A stretch of 64,000 nucleotides of DNA from Dicyema japonicum (lineage: Eukaryota > Animalia > Dicyemida). Shown here in pieces: positions 1-10,202 of the stretch. The stretch covers positions 62,001 to 126,000 of the forward strand of contig RDEW01000040.1 of assembly GCA_011109175.1 (NCBI GenBank), given 5' to 3'. A model generated the notes under the pieces. It saw only the letters and a list, made by a program, of their open reading frames with translations, did no database searches and was not told the origin of the DNA. Each line of letters starts with the position of its first letter. Within the stretch, counting starts at the first letter, position 1. The position numbers and the translations under genes were made by a program.

Positions 1-150
1 CTGGTGAAAGAAAATTAAGGCGAGAAAATGGTCTTTAATAAAATCGATCTCCCGCTATTAAGGGGATACTTTAACTTCTCTTATTCGTGACAGATTGACT
101 AATTTTATTAAAAAGTAAGAAAGATTTGGAGACAAATTTAAATAAAAAAG

Positions 151-893
151 TCACTTGGAGGAACACCTCACACAGAACCACTTCCCACGTGGTTTTGTAG
201 TGAGACCAACACAGGAGAAATGGAACCATTCAATAGGACACTGTATTTCTCACAAACACCAACCTCAGGATTGTCACACCCAATCATCTCTCCGTACGAG
301 ACCTGATGACACGTGCAGTATGTCGGTTCGTTCGGATCCACGGGCATGTCCAAGTACTCCGAACTCGTCAATTTGGATGAGAGTGATACCGAAGGTGGGG
401 TCATCTCACTAAAATTAGTAAATCAGTAAATACGTAGATTCGTTTACATTCTCCTTTTTGACCGACTTCCTTGATCCCTTTTTATCTCCATCTCCATCCA
501 AAAACTGCTCAAAGTGACCCAAGTCCTTGTCAAGCTTGATTATGCTTATCAACCAGAAATATTATTAAGGCAAACTTTCTCGTACATTTTCTTTGAAATC
601 AAAACTTTTTTATTGGATATTTTCTCGGCAGTTTTGTATTTTTCATTTATTTTATCGATAAACTTGTTTTTCTCAGATTCAGAGAGTTCTTTGATTTTAT
701 CCAGCAGTTCTTTGGTATCCTTGTGAATTTCGGCCATAATTTTTTCAACGTGCTCATCCAATTCAGCTATTTTCATCAAATTTGTTTTGAGCATAAAAGG
801 AACACTTTCAAGGCCTATTGAATTTATTTTTAAAGGCAAACCATCAATTGAATTGTCAAAATAAAAAGATTTCAGATTGTTAGATGGTTGCAT
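151..893 (-). CDS. ING4: Inhibitor of growth (ING4/5-like) PHD-finger protein, 5 exons
   Basis: Spliced translation gives the ING N-terminal helices ([12 protein letters not shown]...KMYEKVDKH..KLDKDL) and a complete PHD finger, [51 protein letters not shown]. Introns are 22-27 nt. Two small indels (~545, ~480) are needed to keep the frame. Confidence 0.92.
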
Positions 894-1026
894 CACGTCA
901 ACACAACTCAAACACTAAAATTATTTTATTAAGTAATTATTAAATAATTCGATTTTAATTAGAAAACCAGAAATTAATAATCTAAAAAAAGTTCAAATTT
1001 TATATGTTTTTTATTTATTTTTTTAA

Positions 1027-1297
1027 AAAGCCTTTTCACGAGAGCCATAATATTTATAGCTCCGCATAGGCAGGACACACACTTTATTTAAGTAAAGAAC
1101 AGTTAATTTTAACTAATCATAGAACCAAGGAATGATCTTCACTTCTTTTTTTTCTTTTTCTTGTGTGTGGGTCCTTTCTAGACAATCCAGTTCCGCAGTG
1201 AGTATCCACTGATGACGGCGTCGTAGATGCGTGGAATTTTCCACCAGGTGAACAGCAGCGAGAATCGAACCCGTAACCTAAGTCACTTTACTCTGGC
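1027..1297 (-). mobile_element. SINE family C (tRNA-like head, RTE-like 3' tail)
   Basis: B-box GGTTCGATTC at 1271-1262. The 3' half is near-identical to 59135-59277. The tail resembles the RTE LINE 3' end at 23995-24059. Confidence 0.7.
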
Positions 1298-1699
1298 TTT
1301 CTAACTTCCTCAATAGAAGATCCCGGGTATACATGGATGGAACCAAATAGGTTTCAAGATTATAACCCAATGGTGTTCCACAAAGTTCTTTTTTATTACT
1401 CGCTTTGTACTTACAGAAAGTACGTCGGTTTTCGGGAAGAACATCGAGAAAGATTATTATTAACCCAAGAACACCAATAGTTAATGTAATATATCATTGA
1501 GGCAGATTCTAAAAGAAGCAGGGATCACCTGACGGTCAAGTAACTTTTTAATATGTCTGTGGTTCTTAGTTTTAAATAATTTTTGGTGCATAAAGACCAT
1601 TTTCCAGATTTGAAATTACTGTACAAACAGTTAATTGAGTCATAAGTCAGCTATTCCTATGCGTCCTGAGGAATCAATCTGCACTTGACGAAAAAACAT

Positions 1700-2045
1700 A
1701 AAACCAGCGACATTCAGTCCCTGAAAGCCACTACTATTAGTATTCTCGGGAAACTAGAAAAGCTACTCCCCATCACTTGATGACCTTATCCAACAAAATG
1801 TAAAGGGATTTGCTTTTCTGTACAGGCAGTCCAACTCATAATAGTGCACAGCCAGGACGTGTCTTACGAAAAGGGTATACATTATCCCTCTCCAATTTGT
1901 ATTCTCACAATCATCCCACTCACAGAGAACTAAGTTGGATCCCAGAAGGGGCACAAGGAGAGAATGAGAAATCTGATTGAGGCTGTAGAGATTACTTAAT
2001 TAATGTAATTAAATTAACTATTGGTGTTCTTGGGTTAAAAAATAA
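1700..2045 (+). mobile_element. 3' end of an Ingi/I-like LINE
   Basis: Reads GHKERMRNLIEAVEIT*, matching the LINE C-terminus EHRERMRILAECIGIT* at ~35080-35030. Ends ...ggtgttcttgggtta followed by an A-rich tail. Confidence 0.6.
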
Positions 2046-2250
2046 ATGGCCTCCCAGACTGCGTGGCCATTCACTTTCAATTTGGCAAGCGAGATACGTT
2101 CAAATAGACAGCAGCGTTCACAGGGATCTCTTGTTCTGTAGAAATCCGATTCCCTAGATACTCAGGAATTCCAGAGTCGTAAGCTAAGGGAATCAGACTT
2201 TTCAACCGTGAGAGGAACAAACAAAATTCCTCGATAGGACTGCGTTTACA
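2045..2250 (-). mobile_element. CRE-like retrotransposon 3' fragment
   Basis: Similar to 28130-28290 and 60905-61050, which encode the CRE-type RLE C-terminus. Confidence 0.6.
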
Positions 2251-2274
2251 TTTTCAATTAATGTTCCTATAAAA

Positions 2275-3189
2275 CAGAGGTTGTCAAACGGTGTGCCGCC
2301 TGCCAAATACAAATTTGAATAAATTTATATACATTTTTGACCTAATTAATTTAAAAAGATAAACGAATTAAAATAATTACTAAAATTAAAATAATCATTT
2401 TTTTATTATACATTAAATGACATTTACATTGGTTAACCATTATTTATTAATTTTTTAATAACGTGCGCATCAACGTGATTATGTGTAAATCAGTTCGTCG
2501 TTCTTTTAAAGATTCTTATTTGTCATTTGGATTTATATGCAAAGATAAAAATAAACTACCTCAATGTTTAATTTGCATGGATTTTTGACAAGTGATGCTA
2601 TGGTTCCTAGCAAACTAAAGAGACATTTTACTTCCAAGCATCCGGACTATTCCGAAAAATCTGTAAATTATTTTATCCATTTGAAAAAACAACTTAAGTA
2701 TTATTTGGTTTTTACTATGAATCGTAGATCTAGTCAAATGATGTTCAGTGAAACTTTTTTAAACACAAAGGAATCATTGAAATGTTCATACCTGATCTCA
2801 GAAGTGATAGCAAAACAACTAAAAGCTCACAATATTGGAGAAAACTTGATAATCCCTGCTTGTCGTATTATTGCTCGGACTATGTTTGGTCATAAATATG
2901 AACAAAAAATAATGAAGATACCTTTGTCAGATAACACTGTTTCTCGTCGGATTTGTGCTGAAATGCGAGTGCCTTTGTTAACCATTCGACCTGATATTGA
3001 TGATATATGCAAAAACAATAATAATTAAGAATTCATTATTTGATTAATAAAAATTTGGGAATTAAATAACCAATTTTTGTACTTAGTTTTACACATCTTA
3101 AAAAATTAATTTTTTTATTTTTTAATGTGTGCCGTGGATTATTTTTTTACGATTAGTGTGCCGCGAGAATTATTTTTTGAAAAGCTCTG
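2275..3189 (+). mobile_element. Internally deleted Buster/Charlie-type hAT transposon
   Basis: Imperfect TIRs CAGAGGTTGTCAAA / CAGAGCTTTTCAAA(rc). 8-bp TSD ctataaaa (2267-2274, 3190-3197) with central TA. ZBED/FAM200-like peptide PSKLKRHFTSKH...PLSDNTVSRRI. Relative to the 49508 copy, the deletion falls at an ATGCT microhomology. Confidence 0.92.
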
Positions 3190-3204
3190 CTATAAAAGTT
3201 TCAT

Positions 3205-3565
3205 GGGCCTTCTTGGCTGAACTTAACGTCTGATGACATTGGATCTGACAATCGTGGGTTCGAATCCGAAAGATGGACTTTTCAGGTCAAATCTCGTCAA
3301 ACAGATCACACCCATGAGGCGACGAGTCCTTCTGGCACAACACAGTAGTTGAAAAGGATCTTCTACCTTTCCCCTGGCCAACTTCATTAGGGAAGATCAC
3401 CATTATGAGAACTCTTCCGCCTAAGAATGAAGTGATGTCCGGGAAGATAGACTTGAGATGAAAATGGAAGAGGGTGGACCATTTCCCTTCGGAAGCGGAA
3501 GACTGTAATGGACTATTGGAGAATGGATTTGGTCGATAAAAACAGGATGTGGAAGGGTGACGCAA
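3205..3565 (+). mobile_element. SINE family B (tRNA-derived head), 3' truncated
   Basis: B-box GGTTCGAATCC at 3257-3267. Collinear with 7130-7550 (rc) and 52575-52840. Confidence 0.8.
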
Positions 3566-3599
3566 GATCCTACATAACTGGACAACTTTTACTCTGACT

Positions 3600-3915
3600 T
3601 TACCTGCAAACCATAACTCTGTAAATTACGAAATCTGGCTGGGACTGTTTGACCATATCTTGAGGATGGATCTGATCTCCAAAGTAAATAAAGCCATGGA
3701 AAAATGTTATGTTTCCCAGGAGAACCGCTTTCGTTGAAGGCAAAGAGTAACTCTGCCAATCACCTGAAACCAATGAAAAAGGAGTAAAATCTGCAGATTA
3801 CCTATACTTATGATTTCCCTAGCTAATGATCGGGGAGCGTGAAAGAGATTGACATCCAAAATAGCGTATTTTGCTGCACAGGCTATAAGTATCATGGGTC
3901 ACGTGAAATTTCTTA
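3600..3915 (+). mobile_element. Degenerate RTE LINE 3' fragment
   Basis: WLGLFDHILRMD...RVTLP motif and an RTE-type tail gctataagtatcatgggtcacgtgaa. Confidence 0.65.
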
Positions 3916-3999
3916 TAATAAATTAGTTGGTTTTTCTCCGTCAGTTTATCCATTATTTTTCAAGCAAATAAGATCTCATAGCCAAACAAGACTCGCAAC

Positions 4000-4415
4000 G
4001 TTCCCATATTATTAGCGCAGTTTGAGAAATAACTGTACTAATGTTCCTCGTCCCAGATCTAGTTCTATTCATGTTCCTATTTTCTGCACATTCTTGGTCA
4101 TTCGGCCGATGCGTGCTTGTGTTGTGTCGAGGAGGATCATTGAACCAAGTTTAGGTTTCAGCTAGAGCGTGCTGGGACCACGTGATTAGTTAATTTAGTG
4201 TAACCGTGGTCTTTGGTATTATTATTAATAATCAATAAGTGATCAATACAGATAACTAAACTGATAATGTCGACACAGCTGGAACGAAGAGAAAGAAATC
4301 TATGTCTTTCCTTAAGATGGGCTCGAGGGAGGAACATCGTGCCGAGTTGAAGTCTCTTTTGGAACGTGCCGGGATCACGTGAGTAGTTAGTTTGGTGTTA
4401 CCGTGGTCTTTGGAA
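4000..4415 (+). mobile_element. Two tandem 3' fragments of an Ingi/I-like LINE
   Basis: Two copies (4175-4225, 4373-4415) of the 3' end ggga(c/t)cacgtga..agtta..taccgtggtcttgg, also found at ~35035-34995 (rc). Confidence 0.6.
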
Positions 4416-4621
4416 TTTTTAATTTCATTCATTTTCAAGAGAATGGAACGTCTGGCCACACACAAAAAGTTGTTAAATCTAATGACTCCCCCGGATGATC
4501 TATTGTTATCGTGAAAAGCAATACTGTGTCAATTATTTTGGCAGGGACAAATAGTTAGAACTTGGGAAATTACCACAAATCAATAATTTTGCAATTTATA
4601 CCCACAAAATGCTGTTTTAAT

Positions 4622-4955
4622 TATAGAAATTATATTTTGCCGCGTGGCGCCATGTGGAGCTGCGTGGTTAATTGGTTTAAATTTTCTGCTTGCTTGTCTG
4701 TTCCTCCTGTCTCTTCTTAATAAAGTGGCGTCATTTGATCCACCTGTCTAGGTGACGCCCAGTGCCAGGCCGACATGAAAAAGGATCATTTGTTTTTCCC
4801 CACTACACTGGAGGGGTTTCCACAACTGCATGTAATGGACGTCTTACCTTTATGCTGATTCCGGATGGACTCTGTTTCTGTAGAAGTGGAAACTGGATAC
4901 ACTTAATTAGTTGTTTACTTTAACTTCTTTCTCGGTGTATCCGGGGTTAATAAAT
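4622..4955 (+). mobile_element. SINE family A, full length
   Basis: 16-bp TSD aaaatgctgttttaat (4606-4621, 4956-4971). A-box-like TGGTTAATTGG near the 5' end. 3' end ctcggtgtatccggggttaataa. Close copy at 30157-30461. Confidence 0.88.
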
Positions 4956-5731
4956 AAAATGCTGTTTTAATAACATGGAAATCACTTTAAATTTTTCCAA
5001 GCAAATTAGAGAGAGTCTGGATGAGAAGAGTATGTCTTTCCGTACTAATGCCTTTCGCTTGCCTACATATATTTAGCTTACTATGGATTAAACTAATTGA
5101 GGAGGGACCTCAGTGAAGACTCCAGTTACTCCAAGGCAAGATCCCTGATATATTAACTGTCCCTCATGGTAAAATTCATTTATCCTAAGAAAACTATGAT
5201 TATATGTACTAAAGGAGATGACGCCACTAAGCATACCAAAGCTACGTCATGAGCTAAACTTTCAGACCAACTCACAAATAGGCTAACTGATGCTAACGTC
5301 AGTCGAATAAGTCACTTTAATCTATGCCATTAATTTATAATAATTTTCCGACTTAATTTATCTCAAATAAAAATCAACTTGAGCAGTCTTAAAGTTAGTA
5401 ATCCTTTTAACGCAATTAATTAAATTTAACGCAAGGCCCTAACGTAGAGGTGCATGATCTCGAGACCCATCTGATGAACTTCTGACAGTCGAGTATGTTA
5501 ATAACTTGAACACTCTTAAAATTATGAATTTCTAGAAAAAGTGTTGCTATTCAGTAATTTTCTTATGAATTTTCGAATTTTGCGACTTTAATGGAAGATT
5601 CGAGAGGGTTTAAATTTTTTGTTAAATTCACTATAGGGAATGTAACAAAAAATTTTCAAAATCAATATAAAATCGAAAAATTCAATCAATAACTCAAAAA
5701 TATTATATTTCCGTAACATATTAGTTAATAT

Positions 5732-6704
5732 TTACTCTCTCTGTTTTTCTCGCAGCTAAAAATCGCCAAATCACTTACAGTAGTGAGTTCTTCCATCGTC
5801 TTAGATTCAATATTTCGAATATCCTCGATGGATAGCTCGAACCAGTCGTCCATATGACACACCAATTGGCGATGAAAGCGAAGAAATAGAGACCGTTGAT
5901 ACTACTAAATAACCCAAATAACAACATCATGCACACATTTCTCCACCACGGATTGCAGTCCGAACCATTCAAATTGGACCTTCACTAGCTTATAGCAGCA
6001 CATCATGGGTTCACAGTTTGTCTACCACATAACAACAATTCACAGAACTTTCCAGTCTACCCCGTTTAAAGGCCCCCGACCAGTCTTCTTAGAATTCCAA
6101 GCAGATGGAGGATACTTGGTTTCCTAAAAAAGACTTCAATTCTACTTTGTCAATGTCATTAACAATGTCGATGTACTCCACCACGCGCATTTTCAGCAAC
6201 TCAGGAGTCAGTTCGTGGGCATTATGCGTAGTCCCAGAATCTGGAAGGTGAATAGTCTCGATGGAAATGAAAAATTTGTCCTTCATATAGTCAGGATTCT
6301 AAAATGAGAGGGGGAAAACCGATATAACAGTTCTGCAGTAGGGGTAGCAGTTCCAAGCATTCTCATGAAGCTTAAGAGATCCTTTAGGCGCAATTGTTCG
6401 CACAACTCGAGGAACCCGACTGAAATAATAGGGGGAAAACTGGCTTAGATGGTAGATCTTATTTGTGTACTGTCCTTCGCAAAAATTACCAAATATAGGT
6501 TTTTCAGGATTACTGAAAGGTTCATTTTGGAGAATTTCCACTCCCTCACCGCTATGAGTCTCCTTTTTGCTCATCTCAGAGACCTCGTAGAGCTGAGCCA
6601 CTTGGTACTAAAGACTTAGCCTAAAATGCACCTCTTCGACGGTCAAAGGTAGCGCAATACGGCTAGCAACTATAAAAAATGAAAAACTATTCCTTGATCA
6701 ACAT
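5732..6704 (-). CDS. PITPNA: Class I phosphatidylinositol transfer protein (PITP), 9 exons
   Basis: Intact spliced [26 protein letters not shown]...[10 protein letters not shown]...[13 protein letters not shown]...KTGRGPL...MCCYKLV...FHRQLVC. Eight introns of 21-27 nt. Alpha versus beta paralogue cannot be resolved. Confidence 0.95.
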
Positions 6705-7129
6705 GACGAATATCTACTAAGAATATGTGAATTGTTTTTTATTTTTTCAAATAAAATTAATTATTTTTTACTTTTAATATCATATTAAAATTTAAAAAAG
6801 CTTTAAGTTTAAGAATAGTTTTTTGTGAAACATAAAATTAGCGTGGCGTTTTGTGGTTCACCAATTTTTTATGCTCTGATAAGGCCTGGAGGGCCCCTAA
6901 TGTTCCTCCAAAGAGAACCATTAATCATTGCCTTTCCCCCGTGATGCGCGCTTTTCTGAAAACATGATAATTTAGTTAACCGAGGACTTTCTTTGTAATC
7001 AAGTGATTCAAAAATAATACCAACATAATTTTCAAGCGGAATCGTGGTAAATGGCCATTTTGAATAGCATACTGGTTCCTCAATTTGATTTGATGACATC
7101 ATACTTTAAATATTTATCTTTGTACATTA

Positions 7130-7550
7130 TTTATTTAATAACCAAAGGCTTATAATCTTTAATAACCAAAGCACAGTCACAACTAATTAATCCAAGGAAG
7201 GAACCCATGGGAGAACATCAACTTGTGTCGACCAAATTGTCCATTACAGACTTCCGTTTCAGAAGAGAGGTGGAGAAGTAGGTCCTCGTCCACTTCTATT
7301 TTCATCCCACGTCCTGACTTAATTCTTCGGGGGAAGATTTTTCATACTGGTAATCTTCACTAGTGGAGTTGGCAAGAGGAAAGGTAGAAGTTTCCTTTCA
7401 ACAACTGTGTCGCGTCAAAAGACTCGTGTCGCCTCACGAGTGGGATCTGTTTGACGAGAATTGACCTTTGCTGAAAAGTTCATCTTTCGAATTCGAACCC
7501 ACGATTGTCAGATCCGATGTCATCATACGTTACGCTCAGCAGAGAAGCCC
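7130..7550 (-). mobile_element. SINE family B, near full length
   Basis: B-box gggttcgaattc, central core, and an A/TAA-rich tail at ~7130-7140. Confidence 0.8.
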
Positions 7551-8413
7551 TCGTTACATTTTGATCAGCAGGCTAACTCGATCATTCAGGTGATTATTTG
7601 TAATCTATTTAACCCTAATTTCTGAAGAAATATATTTCAAAGGTTGAGTTGGGAATGGAGCCTATCTCGATAAATATCACAGACGTAACCCTTCGTATCC
7701 TTGCGTGCATTTGTGTAATGATAAACTATGCATACATTTGGTACTTAAAATCCTGAACTGGAGAATCATCTTATTCCGTTTTCTCTTTGGCCAAAATTTT
7801 GGAAGAACACTTGTGAAAATGTAGATTTGGCAATTTTATCGAGCGAATTGAAATAATTATTCAATCATAAAAAATAATCATGGATAAGAACCCTTTCTCT
7901 TTTTAAAAAAGTTACCGGCCTAGTAATTCACCTCCCCTGTTCTCTACTTGTTCAAATCAATTCGATCCTACCAAGCGTCGTCAGCTAGAAAAGGCTGTCG
8001 CAAGTAAAAAATGATTTTTTCTTCCTAGTTTTAATGCCTAATGTCATTGAATGTCTCTTTATTAAGACAACATATTAAACAGATGATCAATCGATAATCT
8101 CCTAAAAGATGCCAGCTGGAGAACCACTCAAATGGAATGGGGAAGAATCATATGATGCCACTGTAGATTAAACAAGTAACAGATTAAGGAAAGAGAAACC
8201 ATGTAGTCAGTGGAGGGAATAGTCAGTGAAATATATAATCATATTAACTCTGCAGCTTCAAACAGGTGATCCCCTAATTTTTGGGATTTGAATCTAAATT
8301 ATACATGCCTCTGACACTTCCTTTTTGAGTAGAGATAAAAGTTAGACTATTTTAACTATAATTTTCTACAAAATAAAGAGCAAAAACAGTTAACATTCAC
8401 TGAATAAACTAAG

Positions 8414-10045
8414 TCATAAATCCCTCGAGGACCAAACCATGGCGAGTTTCAAGGAAGAAAGGAAATACTTCATCGATGTAGTCCACATCACATCGTCAGT
8501 TCCCTTAAAGCTAACCTCAGTCAGTAACACAACCAAATCGGATATTTAACACTATCGACCAGAATATGATCATCCATAATAGTACCAGGAAACTCATAAG
8601 ACGAATCACTTTGAGTAATATGATTTACCAACTGCACAATCAAAAAATCCAACAAACCACTTCCAAACATCGAAGCAGTCCGACCAACCCTTCATTGAAC
8701 CTAAAATAAGTCATAAAACAACGGAGAACTGTCCGAGAGTTTTTTTACTTCAGAAAGATATCTAAACTAAGATATCAATGTCAACAAAGGGTAGACACGA
8801 GTCTTCGTTCCTCTATATTTTATTGAAGAGGAGGAACCCAAAGGCAACATTTCATAGCTAACACTTACTCATACACAAAACTGAGGATGGTCAAGACTTT
8901 GCAGTCGAAAAAGGACTTTTATGACGAATACTGTCTGTCCCAGGGCTGCATTAAGCTCAGACAGAGGGATCTGCAAACTTAAAGATAATAACGGTTACTT
9001 GAGATGAAGGAATAAAGCCCAGTCTGAAACCGTTAACGGTCCCACAGTGACCATCAAAGGATATCGAGAATGCCAAGTCAAGGGGATTTGTTGAACTCAG
9101 ATACTTGATCTCATTCTTGCAGTAATGGATCCCGTAATCTAGGTCCTGGCCTTCCATTTCCAAAGAATGCAACTCCTCTTGAATATCAATTGTCCGTTTT
9201 TGGTACCTTTTATAGAATAAACGTACAAACTTGTTAATCTCTTTTTCAGAGACAGCAATCTCCTGGGAATAACTCTCAATTTCCGCCAAAACACGGCAAC
9301 GTTCTTCATCCACTCTGTTAAGTTCTTCTTCGAGTCTAGTCTCTTCCTCCAAAAGCTAAAAATAGGTCAGTCTGTACTTTGGAAAGCTGTTCTACCTCGT
9401 CATCACAAATCTGTGTTTGGTTCTCCTTGGAGTCAAATTTCTGATGGAGGAACTGATTTAGTTTACTAAAATGAGAGAAATAAATACTAGAACTCTTCGT
9501 ATTCCTTCTCTATTTTCTCAGTTACTTTGTCAAAATGTCTGATGACTTTGTCAGCGCATGACTAACTAGACAAATCAGAAATACTTGGCAAATAGGATGA
9601 TCTATTCCAAGTTCGGTGGAAAGTTGATTAAAAAGCTCCCCCAAAGCCTTATCAGAATCTGAAATGTTAACTTCATCTTTCTCACTATTATTTAAATAAA
9701 ATTAAATAAATATTTAAGTTTGGTTAAATAATTTTATAATTATTAAAAATTAAAAAAATAAAATATTCAAAATATAAAATTACTTTGTGAGTAGGTTGGA
9801 ATAATCGTATTTAAGCAATCCAAGCTTAATTTCGAGTTCCTTTTCCTAAAGATAAGAATAAATCATTACATTTAATGTACTGACAGTGTTCTTTTGATGA
9901 CTACAATATAAATAATAAATAACCCAATCATGTCTCGAGGAGAAGTTCTATAACTTGTAATTAATTTATCTTTATTTCCCTCGAAGCTCTCATCTATTTT
10001 CAATGGAAAACCACATCCTTGGCAAGCAAAACATACCTCGGTCAT
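8414..10045 (-). CDS. BECN1: Beclin-1 / Atg6 / Vps30
   Basis: N-terminus VCFACQGCGFPLKIDESF, DHPICQ.CAD motif, coiled coil, GTVNGFRLG, ELNAALGQT, and C-terminus WTTSMKYFL..LKLAMVW. Micro-introns plus one ~100-nt AT-rich intron. Confidence 0.93.
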
Positions 10046-10202
10046 TTATTACACACAATATTATATAATTTATTTAAATTTAATTTTAAAATATTCAATA
10101 TATTTTTAATTATGAAAATTGAGAAATTAAATTTAGTTTTTATTAAAGTTTTTATTAATTCTAATTATTGAATCATATTTGATCCGATCTATGAAAGAGA
10201 CC

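Noticed and set aside
1763-1954. ORF resembling a C2H2 zinc finger (CEWDDC...HVLAVH)
   Set aside because: It is antisense to a LINE C-terminal coding remnant (HKERMRNLIEAVEIT*).
3230-3271. CTGATGA...GAAA hammerhead-like core in the SINE B head; also CTGATGA at 1209-1215 and ~27851
   Set aside because: Stems I and III cannot be formed, another copy has ATGATGA, and the segment overlaps the tRNA-derived B-box.
3205-3275. tRNA gene
   Set aside because: Only the B-box/T-arm is recognisable. There is no cloverleaf, and it is the head of a repeated SINE.
5732-6704. Alternative genetic code as an explanation for the many stops in the window
   Set aside because: PITP, the RLE ORF and other intact exons translate cleanly with the standard code and end in TAA or TGA. 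The stops are explained by micro-introns, indels and TE decay.
6869-7102. ORF with PFTTI, suggesting an Obg/YchF GTPase fragment
   Set aside because: No P-loop or DxxG motif, and the resemblance is weak. It may be a small unknown spliced gene, but I cannot support a call.
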